Part shown: positions 7,265 through 15,235 of the stretch, piece after piece
How the letters are laid out: each line of letters starts with the position of its first letter
How positions within the stretch are numbered: the stretch's first letter is position 1
Assembly: GCF_001997385.1 (NCBI RefSeq)
Contig: NZ_CP019633.1
Coordinates: forward strand, 390,001-422,000
DNA: 32,000 nt
Source: Sedimentisphaera cyanobacteriorum
GTDB lineage: Bacteria > Planctomycetota > Phycisphaerae > Sedimentisphaerales > Sedimentisphaeraceae
Direction: 5' to 3'
The notes under the pieces: generated by a model
What the model was told of the DNA's origin: nothing
Database searches by the model: none
The model's input: only the letters and a program-made list of their open reading frames with translations
Position numbers and translations under genes: made by a program

Positions 7265-7382
7265 CAGCTTCGAATTCACACCCGGAGAACATACCTTTAC
7301 GTGGTCGTACTGCAAGGATTCATATTGGCAGGCCGGCAATGATATGGGAATGATAGACAATATCCAGTTTACAGAGGAGTAA
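7262..7382 (+). pseudogene. 3'-terminal fragment (~40 codons) of a gene for a secreted jelly-roll/MAM-like domain protein
   Basis: The plus frame ends ...SFEFTPGEHTFTWSYCKDSYWQAGNDMGMIDNIQFTEE*. The pattern W.Y.KD....G.D.g.IDnI.F resembles the last strands of MAM/lectin-like modules. Everything upstream in this frame is antisense to ecfT. Confidence 0.3.
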
Positions 7383-7501
7383 AAGAAAATAAGCAAAATT
7401 TAACCAGTTATCTTACTGCAGGGTGAATTGCCCGCACTAAAATATCTTAGTTGATTTTAGCGCCTTTCAGCGGTTGTGATGTTCGTCTGCGTTTTGCCTG
7501 A

Positions 7502-8701
7502 CTACTTTACAGGCATCAGAAAACCGGTAACTCTCCTTCCGAGTCTCCAGATGAGCAGGCCGTTCAAAGTGCCTTCTGATGCTTTCCCGAGTATGCTCTG
7601 GAATGTGCCTGATATTCCGCCGGGTATATTCTCCGAGACAGACTCCATAAATCTCTCTGTAGATTCCTCCAGTGCGCCGGAGATATAGATGTTGATAATG
7701 CTGAACGAGAGCATAATCAGGCTCTGGCCGGCAGCGGGGCGGAGGTTGTATATACGTATCAAATCCTGCGTCATCGAAACGCACACATAAATCACCATCG
7801 CCTGATCAACAAAAGACACAGGCGAGGCGGCCGTTGCAGCTCCGGCCTTCAGCGAATACCGACTGACAATCCTCGCCGCAGCCTTGTCGAGAGTGCTCTG
7901 GAAAATACGCTTGTACTCATTGAGCCATTCGGTATCGCTTAGCGGGGTGTTCTCGTCGAGAAGGCGGTCTCTGGCTTTTGTAAGAGCGTGGATATCTTCC
8001 TTCTTGAGGCCTGATGTGATAAGCTTCTCGGCCTTGTCACGCTTGAGCGGATAGTCCTTTAGATACTGCTGAAGTTCTTTGCGTGCCTCGGCTTTTCTTT
8101 TTCGTGCTGCCTTTTGCAGTTCGGTTCGCTCAGAGAGCGTATTCAGCGCCTGAACGTTTATGCCCTGGGAGGTTTTGAGCCTGCCGGTGAAAAAGAGAAG
8201 GCGGGCTATGCTGAAAAGTATCAGAAGGGCGAAGAGGCCGAAAAGGCTCATAAGCGAGATCCTGAGGATTTCGGAGCCTTGGGTGAGCTGGTTGAGCTCG
8301 TTGAAAAATGAGCAGCCTTGGCTGACAATCAGAAGCCCGCAAACGCCCGCTGCAATAAGCAGTATAAGGGTTAGTATTTTTTTCAGTCCCGCAGGGAAGC
8401 GCAGGAATCTGGAAAAACTCTCCAGCTCCCGCAGTTTCCTTTCAAACTGCTCCTGCTGCTCGCTCTCGCTGAGCTGCTGTTCATCTTCAAGAATTCCCGC
8501 CTGTTCTTTGATTACCCTGATATCCTCAGCCTCGTCTTCCGGCATTCCGAGCCCGTCATCCCCCGGGCGGTACTGCTCGCTGTTTTCAGGCTGGGGGTTG
8601 TTCTTTGGGTTAGTTTTCGGATCAGGCTTTTCCTGTGCCTTTTTCTTTTCGCTGAAATCTTCGGAGAGCGGGTCTCCGAGGCTGTCATTTTCGTCTTGCA
8701 T
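7502..8701 (-). CDS. ycjF: YcjF-family (UPF0283/DUF697) inner-membrane protein with a long acidic/Pro-rich N-terminal extension
   Basis: ORF track. Central TM helices are present. The C-terminal region ...AATAASPVSFVDQAMVIYVCVSMTQDLIRIYNLRP...IINIYISGALEE follows the E. coli YcjF pattern. The gene starts 11 nt after the ycjX stop. Confidence 0.8.
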   Translation of the reverse strand: MQDENDSLGDPLSEDFSEKKKAQEKPDPKTNPKNNPQPENSEQYRPGDDGLGMPEDEAEDIRVIKEQAGILEDEQQLSESEQQEQFERKLRELESFSRFLRFPAGLKKILTLILLIAAGVCGLLIVSQGCSFFNELNQLTQGSEILRISLMSLFGLFALLILFSIARLLFFTGRLKTSQGINVQALNTLSERTELQKAARKRKAEARKELQQYLKDYPLKRDKAEKLITSGLKKEDIHALTKARDRLLDENTPLSDTEWLNEYKRIFQSTLDKAAARIVSRYSLKAGAATAASPVSFVDQAMVIYVCVSMTQDLIRIYNLRPAAGQSLIMLSFSIINIYISGALEESTERFMESVSENIPGGISGTFQSILGKASEGTLNGLLIWRLGRRVTGFLMPVK

Positions 8702-8712
8702 CTTTTAACCCT

Positions 8713-10041
8713 TCAATTTGCAATAAAATCGAATACAGCATCAAGATTGATATGCCTTGGGGGTTTCTGCGTATTTTTCGGTACTTCCGGCAGCAGCGCC
8801 TTGAAGCGGTAGTCTCCGGGTTTCCAGCTGTCCGGCCAGTTCTCCGGCAATTGGGGCACTTCGAATTCAACAATCTGCTTGTCGGGATTGTTTCTTGCCG
8901 GCCTACCGCAGAGTGTGTAGGGCTTTTCGCCCTTCCTGCTGGACTGACAAGCGCTGCAAACAAACCAGCGGTATTCAGCCTCGGGAACAATCTTGCGTGC
9001 CTTGCTTGTAAGCTGCCTGAGAAGCCCTTCGGCTCTTCCGTTTTCGATATCGCCGTTGTAAATCATATCCGCCTTGGAGGCGGCAAATGCAACCTTCTCA
9101 AGCGGACGCTGCCAGAATTTTATTGTGCTTGCCAGCTTTCTTCCGATTGATGAATCAGGGCGGAGCGTCTGGAAGAGGTCCTGAAGGATCTGGCGATTGT
9201 CATTATACTGCCCAACGCCGCCTGCAAGCAGGGTGGGCAGGTCTATAAGCACAATCAGCTTCCTGCATTTACCGAGCTCTCTGTATAGCGGCATAACCAC
9301 ATTTTTTCTGTAAAGCTTGAAATTGCTCTGCATAATCTCCGCGTTTTCGGGATTTTTTTCGCAGTACTCTCTGCTCAGCGGGACAAATTCGCTGTCGAAA
9401 TCCAGCCCGCACGCCCGCTGCGAGGCAAGCTCGCTTTCAGATGCCTTTTTTGCTGTTATCCCTTCTTTGCTCAAGAGAAACGTAGAAGGGGTTATCAGCG
9501 GCTTAAAATTCAAGATAAGCCTTGCGAGGGTGAGCTTGTATTCGAAGATTATCTCTTCCAGCGGAGCGCTGGGGTTTTCCAGAATTTCAAAATAGCCCCT
9601 TGAATCTTCAAACAGGGATTTATGATTTCTCAAGTGGTTCAGAATATGCTCAGACCATTTCCCGTAATCTGATATTGCAGCTATCGCGCTGTCTGCAATC
9701 CGCTCGCCCGGGAAGTCGAAGAAATTAACTCTCTGCTTCCAGAATTTCCAGTCCGAACGCCAATATTCACAGCTGTAGCAGTATGCATCTGAGGTTTTCT
9801 CAGGCCAGCTGCCTCTCATAGCGAGAAAATCTCGGTATCTGTCCAGCGGGAACTGGCGGATAAAATCAGATTTCGTTTTAAGCTCTTTGAATGCCTCGAT
9901 TTTTGAATTGCCGGCAAAGGAGAACTCTGCCTGATCAAATTCTTCGAGCTGGGCGAGCAGGGACGTTAGAAACACCGTTTTCCCGCCCCTTGCTATACCT
10001 GTAACTGCTATATTGTCATTTTTGCTGAGGATTTTCTTCAT
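8713..10041 (-). CDS. ycjX: YcjX-family P-loop NTPase (DUF463)
   Basis: ORF track. NIAVTGIARGGKTVFLTSLLAQL matches the YcjX N-terminal Walker A block (LAVTGLSRSGKTAFITSLV in E. coli). The length is ~440-450 aa. I chose the ATG at 10041; the track start at 10074 is a TTG directly abutting a hairpin at 10077-10100. Confidence 0.85.
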   Translation of the reverse strand: MKKILSKNDNIAVTGIARGGKTVFLTSLLAQLEEFDQAEFSFAGNSKIEAFKELKTKSDFIRQFPLDRYRDFLAMRGSWPEKTSDAYCYSCEYWRSDWKFWKQRVNFFDFPGERIADSAIAAISDYGKWSEHILNHLRNHKSLFEDSRGYFEILENPSAPLEEIIFEYKLTLARLILNFKPLITPSTFLLSKEGITAKKASESELASQRACGLDFDSEFVPLSREYCEKNPENAEIMQSNFKLYRKNVVMPLYRELGKCRKLIVLIDLPTLLAGGVGQYNDNRQILQDLFQTLRPDSSIGRKLASTIKFWQRPLEKVAFAASKADMIYNGDIENGRAEGLLRQLTSKARKIVPEAEYRWFVCSACQSSRKGEKPYTLCGRPARNNPDKQIVEFEVPQLPENWPDSWKPGDYRFKALLPEVPKNTQKPPRHINLDAVFDFIAN

Positions 10042-10113
10042 ATATGGAGCAATCAAACTGACAGAATAATGCAAATCCGGAGACTGCTCTGAGCCTCCGG
10101 CGCCTTTATATCA

Positions 10114-12603
10114 TTATTCTACAGTAATTACTGCTGAATCGGAAGAAAGATTTCTGGATTTTGCTGTTAATTTTATCTTTCCGGTTTCGCCTTCGAGGGA
10201 GCGTATTATCGCAAGGCACAATCCATTGAACGCCTTTCTCCGGCTTGCCTGAAATGATTCATGGCTTGTCTGATTCCCATTTCCAACAGCTGCAATCTCG
10301 CCTGGGCCTTCTATCTCAAAATAAACCTGATTATCCGCCCCGGGCACAATCCTTCCAAGATTATCTGTTACCTTAACCTTCACAAAGCTGAGGTCTTTCC
10401 CGTCTGCTTTGACAGTTTTGCTGCCTGCTTCGAGTTCAAGCTTTGCGGGCTCGTTTGTGGTTGTTACAACCTCGGAAGCCCATTTCTTTCCGTCTTTGTA
10501 GGCCACAGCTCTCAGCTCGCCTGCTTGATATTTTACTTCATCCCATACCAGTCTGTACTGATATTCGCCTTTCTGCTTTTTGCCCAGCGATTTGCCGTTG
10601 AGAAACAGCTCCGCCTCGTCGCCTGATGTGTAAATATGCACGGGCGTAACTTTGCCAACTCTTTCCGGCCAGTTCCAGTGGGGGAGGATGTGAACCATTG
10701 GTTTCTCCGGACGCCAGCGAGCCTGATAGATGTAGAAGCGGTCTTTCTTGAAGCCGCAGAGATCCATTATGCCGAAATACGAGCTTCTGGAAGGCGCTTT
10801 CCCGTCCAAACTCTCCATTTTCTCCTGCATAGCGAGCTTCTCCTCTTCGCTCTGGAAATTCAGCAGGTTGGTTTTGTCTTTGTTGTAAGGTGTAGGCTCG
10901 CCGATATAATCGAAGCCCGTCCATACAAATTCTCCCATACACTGCGGAACTCTGTCCTGCCCTTCGAATTCAAGGTCGGGTTTGCTTGCCCAGCTCGGGG
11001 CGTAGAGATCGTATGAGCTTACGTGAAACTGGAAGAAGCCCTGATCCTTTTTCTGTTTTACAGGGAAAAAGTATTCGCCTCTTGAGCTTACGCAGGATGC
11101 AGATTCAGAGCTGAGGAACGGCATATTGGGGTTTTCTTTTGCGAATTTTTCGTAAATATGCGGTTTGTAATTAAATCCGAGCACATCGACAGTTTTCTGG
11201 AAGCCGTTAAAACCGGACTTCCAAGAATTGCAGCCCACTGTAACCGGTCTTGTAGGGTCGAGCTCGTGGAATAATTCTGTAAGCATCCTTGAGATTTTAC
11301 GTCCTTCTTCGCCCTGACGCTGCTCTTTTACTTCATTCCCGGAGCACCAGAATATCACGGATGGATGGTTTCTGTCTCTTTTAACCAGATTTGTTACGTC
11401 TTTATCATACCATTCATTGAAGAATCGTCCGTAGTCGTTTTCTGTTTTGCCGTCTTCCCAGCAGTCGAAAGCCTCGTCCATTACCAGAAAACCCATTTCA
11501 TCGCAAAGCTCCAGCATTTCAGGCGAAGGAGGGTTATGGGCGGTTCTTATTGCGTTGCAGCCCATTTCCTGAAGGATTTCAAGCTTTCTCTCGATTGCCC
11601 TTTTGTGTACAGCTGCCCCGAGCGGCCCGAGGTCGTGGTGCAGGCAGACGCCCTTTAGCTCCTCCGGTTTATTGTTTATCAAAAGCCCCTTGTCGGCTGT
11701 AAATTCAACAGACCTTATCCCGAAGTCTGTCTCGTATTTGTCAACCGTCTGACCGTTGTGCCGGATTTCTGTAATCAGCGTGTAGATTGCGGGCTCATCA
11801 ACGCTCCAAAGCTTGGGGTCGGTTACAGTGAGGCTCATTTGGCTCTTCTCACTTTTCTCGGCCTGAGCGGTTATCTGTGCAGTTTCAGAGCATACTGTCT
11901 CCCCGCTCTGCGGTGCAGTGATATGCTGAATTATTTCTGCCTTAATGTCTTTGCCCGTGAAATTGTTAATTTCAGTTTGCACTTCAACAACAGCTTTGTT
12001 TTTTTGCACAAGCGGGGTTGTAACAAATGTTCCCCATATATCTACATGAACGGGCTCTGTCTTTATAAGGTAGGTGTGTCTGTATATTCCGCCTCCGGGA
12101 TACCATCTTGAAGAATTGTCTTTGTTGTCCAGCCGAACTGCAACAGTGTTATCTCCGCTGTAATTCAGGTGTTCTGTTATGTTGAAGTAGAAGGAGTTGT
12201 AGCCGTAAGGCCAGCGGCCTGCATATTCTCCATTAACCCATACCTTCGTATCAGACATTGCCCCGTCGAACATAAGGTAGATTTGCTTATCTTTATCCCC
12301 TTTAGCAAGCTTAAAGTCTTTTCTGTACCAGCCTATGCCCGCATAGGGCAGCTTCCCGGTACGGTTCGGCAGGTCCATCCTGAAAGGCCCTTCGATAGCC
12401 CAGTCGTGAGGGAGGCTCAGCTCTCTCCAGTTATCGTCGCTATAAGCAGGATTTTCCAGCCCCTGAGGTTCTTCCTTTTTCGTCCCGTCCGGCATATTTC
12501 CGCACCTAAAAAACTTCCAATTCGAATCAAAAGAAACCTTTTCTCTGCCGGCAAAAAGTGAAACGCACAGGCAGACTAAAACAGCAAAATTGGCCTTCTT
12601 CAT
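10114..12603 (-). CDS. Glycoside hydrolase family 2 (beta-galactosidase/beta-glucuronidase-like), secreted
   Basis: ORF track. A signal peptide is present. GH2 sugar-binding N-terminal motifs include WKF...D.W..L.LPHDW. The TIM-barrel motifs are RTAHNPPSPE and NHPSVIFWCSGNE (acid/base Glu). Confidence 0.9.
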   Translation of the reverse strand: MKKANFAVLVCLCVSLFAGREKVSFDSNWKFFRCGNMPDGTKKEEPQGLENPAYSDDNWRELSLPHDWAIEGPFRMDLPNRTGKLPYAGIGWYRKDFKLAKGDKDKQIYLMFDGAMSDTKVWVNGEYAGRWPYGYNSFYFNITEHLNYSGDNTVAVRLDNKDNSSRWYPGGGIYRHTYLIKTEPVHVDIWGTFVTTPLVQKNKAVVEVQTEINNFTGKDIKAEIIQHITAPQSGETVCSETAQITAQAEKSEKSQMSLTVTDPKLWSVDEPAIYTLITEIRHNGQTVDKYETDFGIRSVEFTADKGLLINNKPEELKGVCLHHDLGPLGAAVHKRAIERKLEILQEMGCNAIRTAHNPPSPEMLELCDEMGFLVMDEAFDCWEDGKTENDYGRFFNEWYDKDVTNLVKRDRNHPSVIFWCSGNEVKEQRQGEEGRKISRMLTELFHELDPTRPVTVGCNSWKSGFNGFQKTVDVLGFNYKPHIYEKFAKENPNMPFLSSESASCVSSRGEYFFPVKQKKDQGFFQFHVSSYDLYAPSWASKPDLEFEGQDRVPQCMGEFVWTGFDYIGEPTPYNKDKTNLLNFQSEEEKLAMQEKMESLDGKAPSRSSYFGIMDLCGFKKDRFYIYQARWRPEKPMVHILPHWNWPERVGKVTPVHIYTSGDEAELFLNGKSLGKKQKGEYQYRLVWDEVKYQAGELRAVAYKDGKKWASEVVTTTNEPAKLELEAGSKTVKADGKDLSFVKVKVTDNLGRIVPGADNQVYFEIEGPGEIAAVGNGNQTSHESFQASRRKAFNGLCLAIIRSLEGETGKIKLTAKSRNLSSDSAVITVE

Positions 12604-12742
12604 TCTAATTTCTCCGTTAATAATTTAATGTATTTACTGCAGCATTCACCTTGGTATGTTGTGATACTACATTTTTTCCCGAAAAAATAAACCGAACAGG
12701 GATGGTAAACGTAAATTTATTAAAAAGATTAAAATACCAATA

Positions 12743-12770
12743 TTGACTCTCTTTACTGTTTTGTTACAAT
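12743..12770 (+). promoter_or_regulatory. Sigma70-type promoter for the lipoprotein operon
   Basis: TTGACT (12743-12748), a 16-nt spacer, then TACAAT (12765-12770), 30 nt upstream of the ATG at 12801. Confidence 0.45.
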
Positions 12771-12800
12771 GCCCGAAGTTGTGTTATATGAGCTCCATTT

Positions 12801-14147
12801 ATGAATAAATGTTACTTAATTTTTGTTTTCTCAGCATTTTTCCTTGCAGGCTGTTCAAGCAGCAATGTTATCACCTCGTTTAATTCAAGGATTATTTCAG
12901 GTGAATACGGCAGGGCTATGATGCTTGCAGAGTCTCATATAGGGGATAATCCGAAGGCATCGAAAGATGATGTCTTATGGAATATGCAGGCGGGCACTGC
13001 CTCGAGGATAGTTGGTCTGTACGGCAGGAGCAATGAGTTTTTCAGTGAAGCCGAGAGGGATCTCAAAAATTTTAATCTTGAGAAAAACGAGACCGCAAAT
13101 CAGGCCGCTTCAACCGTTGTTAATGACAATATCCTGCCTTACTACCCTATGCATTGCGAGGCGGTGATGCTGAACACATACAAGGCGGTAAATATGCTTG
13201 CTATGGGTGAGTGGGATAATGCGAGAATCGAATTCAACAGAGCTATTGAGCGTCAGCGAAGGGCAAAAAAGTTTTTTTCAGATAAGATACAGGCGGCAAG
13301 AAACGAGGCAAAGCAAGAGAGCCTCGCTCAGAAAAACCTTCAGAGAAATCAGCTCAGGCAAACCTTATACAGCAGTTATCCGGAGCTTAAGGATTTCGAG
13401 CCTTACGGGGATTACATAAACCCTTTCCTCTCCTACGCAGCGGGGATATACTTTATGTACGACGGCGAGGATGATAAGGCGGAATTTTTGCTTAAGCAGG
13501 CAGCTGGAGCCGTTAGTCAGAGCAGGTATGCAGTTTCAGACTTTAAGAACTTTCGAGCCGGCAAATCGTATAAAGAGCCAAGAGTTTGGATCTTTTTTGA
13601 GAACGGACTCGCTGCATACAAAGAAGAATTCAGAATGGATCTTCCTATAATGCTTGAATCCAGCGGAATAAACTACGTTGGAATTGCTCTTCCAAAACTT
13701 AAATACCGCTCTGCTCCAGTGCAGAGGCTTAAAGTGGCTGCAAGTGATGATTTCTACTATACCGAGCCATTCTGCAGTATCGACAGGGTAATAAAGGCAG
13801 AATTCAGCAAGACATACGATGCTGTTTTTACAAGAGCCGTGCTTTCAGCATCATTAAAAGCTGCTATGCAGTATGCTCTGTATAAAGAGGGCGGCTCACT
13901 GCTCTCGCTTGCCGGAGCGGCATACGCCTTCGCCACTACCTCAGCAGACTGCCGGAGCTGGACTTCGCTTCCAAAACAGATTCAGGTGCTTAGAATGGAA
14001 AGGCCAAACAGCGGCGAGATAGTTTTTATGCCCGGAACAGACAGACAGAAAAAAGTTGAAGTTCCGCCGGAGAAAGATGCCTTGATTTTCGTAAGGGCAG
14101 TCAGCAGCAGGGCGGAGCTTAGCTGTGAGATGATAGAATTAAATTAG
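12801..14147 (+). CDS. COG3014-like uncharacterised envelope lipoprotein (448 aa)
   Basis: ORF track. The lipobox is FFLAG|CSS. The N-terminal half is helical/TPR-like. A C-terminal ...SADCRSWTSLPKQIQVLRM block is one I associate with the COG3014 family. Confidence 0.75.
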   Translation: MNKCYLIFVFSAFFLAGCSSSNVITSFNSRIISGEYGRAMMLAESHIGDNPKASKDDVLWNMQAGTASRIVGLYGRSNEFFSEAERDLKNFNLEKNETANQAASTVVNDNILPYYPMHCEAVMLNTYKAVNMLAMGEWDNARIEFNRAIERQRRAKKFFSDKIQAARNEAKQESLAQKNLQRNQLRQTLYSSYPELKDFEPYGDYINPFLSYAAGIYFMYDGEDDKAEFLLKQAAGAVSQSRYAVSDFKNFRAGKSYKEPRVWIFFENGLAAYKEEFRMDLPIMLESSGINYVGIALPKLKYRSAPVQRLKVAASDDFYYTEPFCSIDRVIKAEFSKTYDAVFTRAVLSASLKAAMQYALYKEGGSLLSLAGAAYAFATTSADCRSWTSLPKQIQVLRMERPNSGEIVFMPGTDRQKKVEVPPEKDALIFVRAVSSRAELSCEMIELN

Positions 14148-14168
14148 ATGTTTGATTTGGAGAATATT

Positions 14169-14591
14169 ATGAGATTTTATTTAGCAATTGCTGTTATGAT
14201 GGTTGTATTTGCCGGCGGATGCGCCCAGCAGAATACAGACCCGCGCGTTCAGATGGGGGAGGGAGTGTCTCAGAGCAGTCCAGTTTTATCACCCATAACA
14301 AAGGCGGTCAGTGATCTGATTGGCCAAGGGGTTAAGGTGCAGACGGTTACTGAATCGGTAAATTCCAACGGCTTCTATCAGGTGGATATAACCCTCCGCA
14401 ACGAATCATACAAGACGAAACGTTTCCAGTACAAGTTTGAGTGGTTAGATGAAAACGGCGCTCTTGTGCCTACGAAAACCAGCACTTGGCTGCCGTTCAG
14501 CATCAGCGGCAATTCCACTGCCACAATAAAGGGCGTTGCCCCTCGCAGTGAGGCGAAAAATTTCAGGGTTGTAACAAGAGACAAATTTTAA
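14169..14591 (+). CDS. ycfL: YcfL-like (DUF1425) lipoprotein
   Basis: ORF track (14148..14591). I prefer the ATG at 14169, which is preceded by GGAG and gives MRFYLAIAVMMVVFAGG|C. The signature FQYKFEWLDENGALV...W is the YcfL Y.F.W.D..G pattern. Confidence 0.75.
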   Translation: MRFYLAIAVMMVVFAGGCAQQNTDPRVQMGEGVSQSSPVLSPITKAVSDLIGQGVKVQTVTESVNSNGFYQVDITLRNESYKTKRFQYKFEWLDENGALVPTKTSTWLPFSISGNSTATIKGVAPRSEAKNFRVVTRDKF

Positions 14592-14606
14592 TCAGGAGCG
14601 TAAATT

Positions 14607-15221
14607 ATGAAAAAAGCAATATGTTTAACAGCGGTTTTCTCATTCGTCCTGCTTGCAGGATGCGCAGCACCCACTAGGAACATTGATGTGAGAAATGATG
14701 AGGGCAAGGCTGTGATGGCCTTAGACTATCGAGATTTCGATCAGGCAGCCAGCAAAATGGTTCAGGATATGGTGCAGAAAGGCGTTCTCACAAAGCCGGA
14801 CGGTTCGAGGTATGTCGTGGCTACAGGCGATATAAAAAACGATACTACCCAGTATTTCGATACAGACCAGTTGATGGCCAAGATTGAATCAGAAATGCTC
14901 AATACAGGCAAGGTGGTTTTCACTTCCGCTGTGAGCGGACGCAAGGAAGGTGCTACAGACAAGATGATCGAAGAGACCAGAAAGCTGCGTGAATCAGACG
15001 AATTCGATCAGTCAACAACAATAGACAAAGGCAGGCTAATAGCGCCGGAGCTGAGCATTTCAGGCAAGATCATCCAGAGAAACATCTCATACGACCAGAA
15101 CACTCAGCAGGTTGAATATTATTTCCAGCTTTCCCTTTCAGACCTCACATCAGGAATGAGATACTGGCAGAATGAAGTGGTTCTCGGCAAAAGGGGAAGC
15201 AATAAGTCAGTCTCATGGTAA
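14607..15221 (+). CDS. lpoB: LpoB-family lipoprotein (penicillin-binding protein activator LpoB / COG3417-like)
   Basis: ORF track. An AGGAG SD is present and the lipobox is LLAG|CAA. The blocks VVATGDIKNDTTQYFDTDQLMAKIESEMLNTGKV and ...PELSISGKI...YYFQLSLSDLTSGMRYW fit the LpoB-family pattern. Confidence 0.8.
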   Translation: MKKAICLTAVFSFVLLAGCAAPTRNIDVRNDEGKAVMALDYRDFDQAASKMVQDMVQKGVLTKPDGSRYVVATGDIKNDTTQYFDTDQLMAKIESEMLNTGKVVFTSAVSGRKEGATDKMIEETRKLRESDEFDQSTTIDKGRLIAPELSISGKIIQRNISYDQNTQQVEYYFQLSLSDLTSGMRYWQNEVVLGKRGSNKSVSW

Positions 15222-15235
15222 TTTAGGAGCATAAA

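Noticed and set aside
6689-7396. The full 235-aa version of the ecfT ORF starting at 7396.
   Set aside because: The first 44 codons are antisense to the plus-strand C-terminal fragment (7262-7382) and are not EcfT-like. The ATG at 7264 opens directly into a TM helix.
8160-8708. A 182-aa plus-strand ORF, and other overlapping ORFs (7467-7784, 8130-8342, 8685-8990, 8752-9150), in the ycjX/ycjF region.
   Set aside because: They are antisense or out-of-frame to genes with strong family signatures. The products are Ser/Arg-rich and low-complexity.
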